From: Candidatus Methylomirabilis sp.
Lineage (GTDB): Bacteria > Methylomirabilota > Methylomirabilia > Methylomirabilales > Methylomirabilaceae
Reading direction: 5' to 3'
Assembly (NCBI RefSeq): GCF_028716865.1
Contig: NZ_JAQUOY010000006.1
Span: 41,317-73,316, forward strand
Length of the DNA: 32,000 bases
Shown: in pieces, positions 27,415 to 32,000 of the stretch
Numbering within the stretch: position 1 is the stretch's first letter
Layout of the letters: the number at the start of each line of letters is the position of its first letter
The notes under the pieces: generated by a model
Told to the model about the DNA's origin: nothing
Seen by the model: only the letters and a program-made list of their open reading frames with translations
Databases searched by the model: none
Translations under genes and position numbers: made by a program

Positions 27415-27568
27415 GGCCTCTCGCCGTTCGCCATGACAACTATCGGAGGGATCGAGGTGAACAGTGAATGTAAGGAAGCGTTAGGCGCACTACGCCAAGC
27501 AATCTGCATGGCGTGAGCATATCGTATTCCATGATGACTGCAAATCCAGCACGGCATTCCACGACAGA

Positions 27569-27595
27569 GAAGACGCGCTCCCTGAGCGCGTCTTC
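27569..27595. terminator. Perfect 12-bp GC-rich hairpin (GAAGACGCGCTC cct GAGCGCGTCTTC)
   Basis: Seen directly, 155 nt downstream of the usp stop. There is no clear U-tract on the plus strand and only a weak one (UCUCUGUCGU) on the minus strand. Confidence 0.3.
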
Positions 27596-27774
27596 AAGCA
27601 ACTCGTTAGCCGGAAAAGAGGAGACGAGCGCCCCAATCTAATAGTACCCTGGGTACTTACGAGGCGCGGGGCCAGACGGCTGAACCACTGCCGCTAGCTC
27701 AAGAGGTGCGGACTACGCAACAAAAGCTCCGACAGAGGCTTCGTAAAAACTAGGCGCACGAGCATCAGGACAAG

Positions 27775-27812
27775 GAGAAAACAACGACTCAGTGCCATCG
27801 AACGATGGCACT
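27775..27812 (-). terminator. Candidate intrinsic terminator on the minus strand
   Basis: AGTGCCATCG aa CGATGGCACT (27791-27812) forms a 9-10-bp stem. On the minus strand it is followed by GAGTCGTTGTTTTCTC. Confidence 0.35.
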
Positions 27813-28083
27813 CTCGCCCTTGCGCTCGGCTACAGCACTCTTAGCCTATCGAGGGATTGGCTGGTTCGTGCGTGGCTTGAAAGTCTACTGCGAGCGGTAG
27901 GTTCTCACGAACTCGCCTGCCACATACTGAAACCGCATAGACCTCCCCCCACCATACAGGGAAGGTTCTCGCCGTTATGGCAGTTTTGATGGAAACGATC
28001 GATCCGCTCCTCAGTCCGTTGAGGAATTCCTGCTGCTGATATTACAAGTTCGCGTAATCCTGAGGCAGCATCTACCGGAACCA

Positions 28084-28173
28084 CTACATAAACGAAATCA
28101 CCATGGCGACCGTTACGAAGATCAACAGGCCACCAGCCGCAAGCCACAATAGTATTGTGTCGCCGCGATCCAC
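28084..28173 (-). CDS. Candidate 29-aa hydrophobic mini-protein (single predicted TM helix)
   Basis: The GTG at 28173 is preceded by AAGGGGGGAG (28187-28178) at 4-nt spacing. Translation is M/V-DRGDTILLWLAAGGLLIFVTVAMVISFM, with the stop TAG at 28086-28084. It is below the ORF-track size cutoff and I recognise no homolog. Confidence 0.3.
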   Translation of the reverse strand: MDRGDTILLWLAAGGLLIFVTVAMVISFM

Positions 28174-28609
28174 TGAACTCCCCCCTTAGTTTAGTTGGTT
28201 AACGATTAACCCGGGCCGTTTAACACCATCCACTGCCAGATATGCTCCGGATTGTACCTCATGGAGGTCGATCTTGCAACTATCCATGGAGAGCTAACCT
28301 CGGAACGACCGTAGCAGCGAGATGAGCAACTGACCCGAGCAGTGAGGCGCTGCGCAATTCAGATACTAAACGGAAGCGCTACCACATTGCACGCAACATT
28401 CTTTCTTAAAGATCCCTAAGAAAGAGGCGTATTTCGTGATCCCCTCCCTTACCGCCCGGAATCTCTAATCAATGTGGATCGAAATACCGTAGACCTTTTG
28501 AACGCGACCGTTTAGAATCCACAAGCCAGCCTCGCGTAGGGCCGCCTTGTCGTTTAATTAAGAGCAGCTCGGCCCCTCGCATGTTCGACTAGGCAAGCTT
28601 CGTGGGATA

Positions 28610-28637
28610 ATTTAAGGGACGTGGACCCCCTTGTCAA
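28610..28637 (-). promoter_or_regulatory. Sigma70-like promoter on the minus strand, TTGACA-16 nt-TTAAAT
   Basis: Revcomp of 28632-28637 is TTGACA and revcomp of 28610-28615 is TTAAAT. It points leftward into the ORF-poor gap, away from hemDE. Confidence 0.25.
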
Positions 28638-28759
28638 GACAAAAATGCGGATCCTGAAGCGAAACCGAACAAGGCGCTATCTTTGCTATAGCACTTTTTC
28701 GCTGTGAACCGTATACTACGGAGCTGAGATCAAGAGATGCTTTTGTCCGGAAGGTCTGT

Positions 28760-30742
28760 GTGAGTGAGATGAACCAAATTGTTGCTTCACCGATGGGAAG
28801 CCTAAGCAACCTCTCAGTAGTCTCCTTTGAGAGTCGCTTAGCCGGCGCCATGGCTGACCTGATCAGCCGCCAAGGCGGGACCCCGATCTCTGCGCCTGCC
28901 GTACGCGAGATCCCGCTCGCAAAAAACCCGGAGGCGTTAGAGTTCGCACGAGAGTTATTGGCCGGACGGATCGATCTGGTCGTGCTGCTGACCGGCGTGG
29001 GTATTCGTGCCCTGCTTGCCGCCATTGAAGGCACCTACCCGCGCGCGGAATTCCTTGCAGCGTTGAGCCGAATTCCGACCATTGTCCGCGGTCTAAAACC
29101 CCAGGCGGTGCTGCGCGAGTTGGGTGTCCCGATTACGCTGGCTGTCCCGGACCCGAACACCTGGCGCGAGATCCTGAGCGCGATCGACGACGCAGCGATC
29201 CCCCTACAAGGTCGGCGGGTGGCGGTACAGGAGTACGGGCGGAGCAACCCTGAGCTGGTTGCAGGACTCATGGCGCGAGGGGCCTCTGTGATGCAGGTCT
29301 CGGTCTACCGATGGGCATTGCCGGAGGACTGCGGCCCTCTGCGGCGCGCAATCAAGACCATCATCGAGCGGGAGGTCGATCTGGTCCTCTTTACCACCGC
29401 TGTGCAGGTGAATCACCTGCTACAGGTCGCAGCGGAGGAGGGCATGGAAGAGTCGCTGCGGGCAGGACTCCGGGACACAGTCGTCGCGTCGATCGGCCCT
29501 ACCTGTAGCAGGGCCTTGCGCGAGCATGGCCTGGTTGTGGACCTGGAGCCGGAGCATCCGAAGATGGGGTACCTCGTTCTGACCGCCGCGCGCCATGCGC
29601 ACGTGCTGCGACGGATCAAGCGAGCAAGAGCGATGCAGGGCGCACCTCGCCTGCCTGCGCCGTGCGAAGTGCGGCAGGCAGGCGAGGTGCGGGAAGACCG
29701 AGGCGTAGCATTGCTGCAGGAGAGTCCATTCCTGAAAGCCTGCCGCCTGGAGCCGACCCCCTATACGCCGATCTGGATCATGCGGCAGGCCGGGCGCTAC
29801 ATGCAGGAGTACCGGGAGATTCGGGGTAAGCTCTCGTTTCTGGAACTGTGTCGCCGGCCGGATCTAGCGGCCGAGGCGGCAGTCACAGCCGCTCTGCGAC
29901 TGGGGGTGGATGCGGCGATCATCTTCGGGGACATCTTGGTGGTGGTGCAGCCTATGGGGGTCGGCCTGGAGTTCACGAAGGGCGATGGCCCGGTGATCCA
30001 CAACCCGGTGCGATCCGGGGCTGACCTGAAGCGGCTGCAGCCGGTCGATGTGCAGGAATCGCTCTCGTTCGCCTTCGAAGCGGTGCGCCTCGCGCGGGCG
30101 GCCCTTCCGCCGACCATTCCTCTCATCGGATTCGCCGGGGCGCCGTTTACCCTGGCCTCGTACCTGATCGAGGGTCGCGGGTCACGTCAGTATCAACACA
30201 CCAAGGCGCTTATGTACCGTGATCCTGGGGCCTGGCATGCCCTGATGGAGCGGCTGTCTGATGTAGTGTCCGGCTACCTGAACGGCCAGATCGCCGCCGG
30301 AGCCCAAGTGGTGCAATTGTTCGATAGCTGGGTGGGCTGCCTCAGCCCGGATGACTACTGCGAGTTTGTCTTGCCCCACACGAAGCGCGTAATCACAGCG
30401 CTCACGCCGGGCGTGCCGGTCATTCACTTCGGGACCGACACGGCCACGCTGCTCCCACTGATGCGGGATGCCGGCGGGAATGTGATCGGACTGGATTGGC
30501 GTGTAGACCTGGGTGAGGCCTGGTCGCGTCTTGGGCAGGGGGTCGGCGTGCAGGGCAACCTGGACCCGATGGTGCTCCTTGCCGAGCCTGATGAGATTCG
30601 CCGCCAGGCCGGCCGAATTCTTGAGCGCGCCGCAAAACGTCCGGGCCACATCTTCAACCTCGGTCATGGGGTGTTGCCGCAAACCCCCGTGGACCACCTG
30701 CGCGTGCTCATCGACTATGTTCACGAAGCGACGGCGAGATGA
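28760..30742 (+). CDS. hemE: Fusion of a uroporphyrinogen-III synthase-like (HemD/HEM4) domain with uroporphyrinogen decarboxylase (HemE)
   Basis: 660 aa. Residues ~15-285 look like a two-lobe HEM4-type domain (RVAVQEYGRSNPELVAGL..., LVLFTTAVQV). From about residue 315 the sequence is canonical HemE (PIWIMRQAGRYMQEYREIR, ...FNLGHG...). An in-frame ATG at 29633 could also give a stand-alone HemE. Confidence 0.85.
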   Translation: MSEMNQIVASPMGSLSNLSVVSFESRLAGAMADLISRQGGTPISAPAVREIPLAKNPEALEFARELLAGRIDLVVLLTGVGIRALLAAIEGTYPRAEFLAALSRIPTIVRGLKPQAVLRELGVPITLAVPDPNTWREILSAIDDAAIPLQGRRVAVQEYGRSNPELVAGLMARGASVMQVSVYRWALPEDCGPLRRAIKTIIEREVDLVLFTTAVQVNHLLQVAAEEGMEESLRAGLRDTVVASIGPTCSRALREHGLVVDLEPEHPKMGYLVLTAARHAHVLRRIKRARAMQGAPRLPAPCEVRQAGEVREDRGVALLQESPFLKACRLEPTPYTPIWIMRQAGRYMQEYREIRGKLSFLELCRRPDLAAEAAVTAALRLGVDAAIIFGDILVVVQPMGVGLEFTKGDGPVIHNPVRSGADLKRLQPVDVQESLSFAFEAVRLARAALPPTIPLIGFAGAPFTLASYLIEGRGSRQYQHTKALMYRDPGAWHALMERLSDVVSGYLNGQIAAGAQVVQLFDSWVGCLSPDDYCEFVLPHTKRVITALTPGVPVIHFGTDTATLLPLMRDAGGNVIGLDWRVDLGEAWSRLGQGVGVQGNLDPMVLLAEPDEIRRQAGRILERAAKRPGHIFNLGHGVLPQTPVDHLRVLIDYVHEATAR

Positions 30743-31679
30743 CGTGGCTCCGCCGTTCGACGCCGTCCTCATGATCGCCTTTGGAGGCCCCACCAAGCCT
30801 GAAGAAATCCGCCCGTTTCTCAGCAATGTGCTTCGGGGCGTACCGGTGCCACCGGAACGTCTGGAAGCGGTCGCCCGACACTACGAACAGCTTGGCGGTC
30901 GGTCGCCGATCACTGAGCTGACCTTCCGGCAAGCGAAGAGCCTGGCAGCGCTGCTGGAGCGGGAGGGGCCGAGGCTTCCCGTCTACGTGGGGATGCGCTA
31001 CTGGCACCCCATGACCAGCGAGACGGTCGAGCAGATGATCTGTGATAAGGTGAACCGCGCCGTCGGCCTCATCATGGCCGCACACGATTCCGGGGCAGCA
31101 AGTTGGGGGAAATCGGTGAAGGCGGTCACTGATGCGCTTGCAGCCGCAGGACCCAGGGCCCCGCACGTGGGCTTCGCCCAGCCCTGTTACAACCACCCGG
31201 ATTTCATCGCGGCTGTGGCCGAACAGATTCGCCTGCAACTGCAAGCCATCCCGCCGGCTCTCCGTTGTAAAACACCGTTGCTCTTCACGGCCCACAGCAT
31301 TCCATTCTCCATGGCCGCATCGTCGCCCTACGTTCAGCAATTACATGAATCGTGCCGGCTCGTGGCGGCAGCCTTGGGGCACCCGGACTGGTCACTCGCT
31401 TATCAAAGCCGCAGCGGCGATCCACGGCAGGAGTGGCTGACGCCTGACGTGCGCGATATCCTGCGGAGGCTCAAGGCCGAGGGGCGCCGATCGGTAGTGC
31501 TGGCCCCCATAGGATTTGTGTGCGATCACGTTGAGGTGCTGTTCGATCTGGACGTAGAAGCAAAGGCAGAGGCCGATGCGCTGGGGCTCGAACTCAAACG
31601 GGCCAGCACGGTGAACGATCATCCGCTCTACATCCGGGCGCTGGCAGACCTGGTGCGGCAGCGCGTGAACCAGGGTTAG
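30717..31679 (+). CDS. hemH: Ferrochelatase (HemH / coproporphyrin ferrochelatase CpfC-type possible)
   Basis: DAVLMIAFGGP N-terminus, FTAHSIPFS and PIGFVCDHVEVLFDLD. The start is either the ATG at 30717 (26-nt overlap with hemE) or the GTG at 30744. The track start at 30513 lies inside hemE and is rejected. No Cys-rich C-terminal extension is present. Confidence 0.85.
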   Translation: MFTKRRRDDVAPPFDAVLMIAFGGPTKPEEIRPFLSNVLRGVPVPPERLEAVARHYEQLGGRSPITELTFRQAKSLAALLEREGPRLPVYVGMRYWHPMTSETVEQMICDKVNRAVGLIMAAHDSGAASWGKSVKAVTDALAAAGPRAPHVGFAQPCYNHPDFIAAVAEQIRLQLQAIPPALRCKTPLLFTAHSIPFSMAASSPYVQQLHESCRLVAAALGHPDWSLAYQSRSGDPRQEWLTPDVRDILRRLKAEGRRSVVLAPIGFVCDHVEVLFDLDVEAKAEADALGLELKRASTVNDHPLYIRALADLVRQRVNQG

Positions 31680-31725
31680 AGGACCCTTTTCGAGGACGGA
31701 TCACAGCCGCTTTGGACAGCAGGGG

Positions 31726-32000
31726 ATGGCGATAGATCGGGGTGACGACCCGAAGCGTATCGTGGTGGTCGGGGGCGGCATCGCGGGTCTCGCCGCTGCG
31801 TACCGTCTGCACGAGAGGCGTCAAGGTGGGCTCCCTTGCCGGGCGCTGCTCTTGGAGGCGGGTCCGCGCCTTGGCGGCGTGATCGGCACGACGTATCGGG
31901 ACGACTTCATCCTCGAAGCGGGGCCGGATACCTTATTCACCGACAAGCCGTGGGCAGTGGATCTGATCAAGCGCCTCGGCTTGAGCGATCGGCTCATCGG
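31726..32000 (+). CDS. hemY: FAD-dependent protoporphyrinogen/coproporphyrinogen oxidase (HemY/CgoX family); 3' end runs off the right window edge
   Basis: Hand translation from the ATG at 31726: MAIDRGDDPKRIVVVGGGIAGLAAAYRLHE...LLLEAGPRLGGVIGT...FILEAGPDTLF. The GxGxxG Rossmann motif plus the LEA..RLGG motif are typical of HemY/PPOX. The frame stays open to the window end. Confidence 0.8.
   Translation, partial: MAIDRGDDPKRIVVVGGGIAGLAAAYRLHERRQGGLPCRALLLEAGPRLGGVIGTTYRDDFILEAGPDTLFTDKPWAVDLIKRLGLSDRLI

Noticed and set aside
27806-27825. Possible sigma54 promoter (TGGCAC ... TTGC)
   Set aside because: The spacing between TGGCAC and TTGC is 8 nt rather than the required 5, and the TGGCAC is simply one arm of the 27791-27812 hairpin.
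27905-28147. 80-aa minus-strand ORF (and the overlapping 65-aa plus ORF at 27792-27989) in the non-coding gap
   Set aside because: The 80-aa ORF has a GTG start with no SD, and the 65-aa ORF has AAGGAG only at a suboptimal 14-nt spacing. The two overlap each other antisense, and I recognise no motif in either. I treated the gap as non-coding or small-ORF territory instead.
27415-28759. Known structured RNAs (RNase P RNA, tmRNA, tRNA, group II intron domain V, cobalamin riboswitch) in the gap
   Set aside because: I looked for the hallmark strings (GGAAAGTCCGG, a GGTTCGAWTCC T-loop with a CCA end, the domain V consensus, the B12 box) on both strands and found none. A covariance-model scan is still needed.
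30513-30716. N-terminal 68-codon extension of hemH in the ORF track
   Set aside because: The extension lies within the hemE coding region in another frame. Ferrochelatase homology begins at ...DAVLMIAFGGP, so the start was moved to 30717 (or 30744).

Overview
GC-rich bacterial chromosomal segment, mostly housekeeping genes. The lineage cannot be fixed from sequence alone. The pil gene order and the repeat families resemble Deltaproteobacteria, NC10 or Nitrospirae-type genomes, but that is inference only. Gene order, left to right: (1) a minus-strand type IV pilus block, pilS-like kinase (truncated by the window edge), pilC, pilT and pilB, preceded by aroE and glnD; (2) a small HemJ/CopD-like membrane protein and an alpha/beta hydrolase; (3) a NIT-domain sensor kinase; (4) a CbiX-Zn ribbon-Nudix fusion followed by a J-domain protein; (5) pgeF/yfiH and yjbQ; (6) a ConA-like exported protein, kdsB, an ABM/IsdG-like monooxygenase and adenosine deaminase; (7) a tightly coupled egtB-like, acyl-CoA dehydrogenase and family III CoA-transferase operon; (8) two USP genes flanking a GlcF-like Fe-S protein; (9) a 1.35-kb ORF-poor, lower-GC gap; (10) a heme block of a hemD-hemE fusion, hemH and hemY (truncated at the right edge). 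I saw no rRNA, tRNA, CRISPR array, transposase or recognisable defence system. The unusual material is small-scale. There are three families of short palindromic or tandem repeats, two of which intrude into coding sequence. One element of about 360 bp is bounded by inverted repeats. There are several unusual domain fusions or gene couplings. The non-coding gap at 27.4-28.8 kb carries promoter-like, terminator-like and SD-preceded mini-ORF signals on the minus strand. Many long ORFs in the supplied track are antisense shadows of real genes, and I rejected them.
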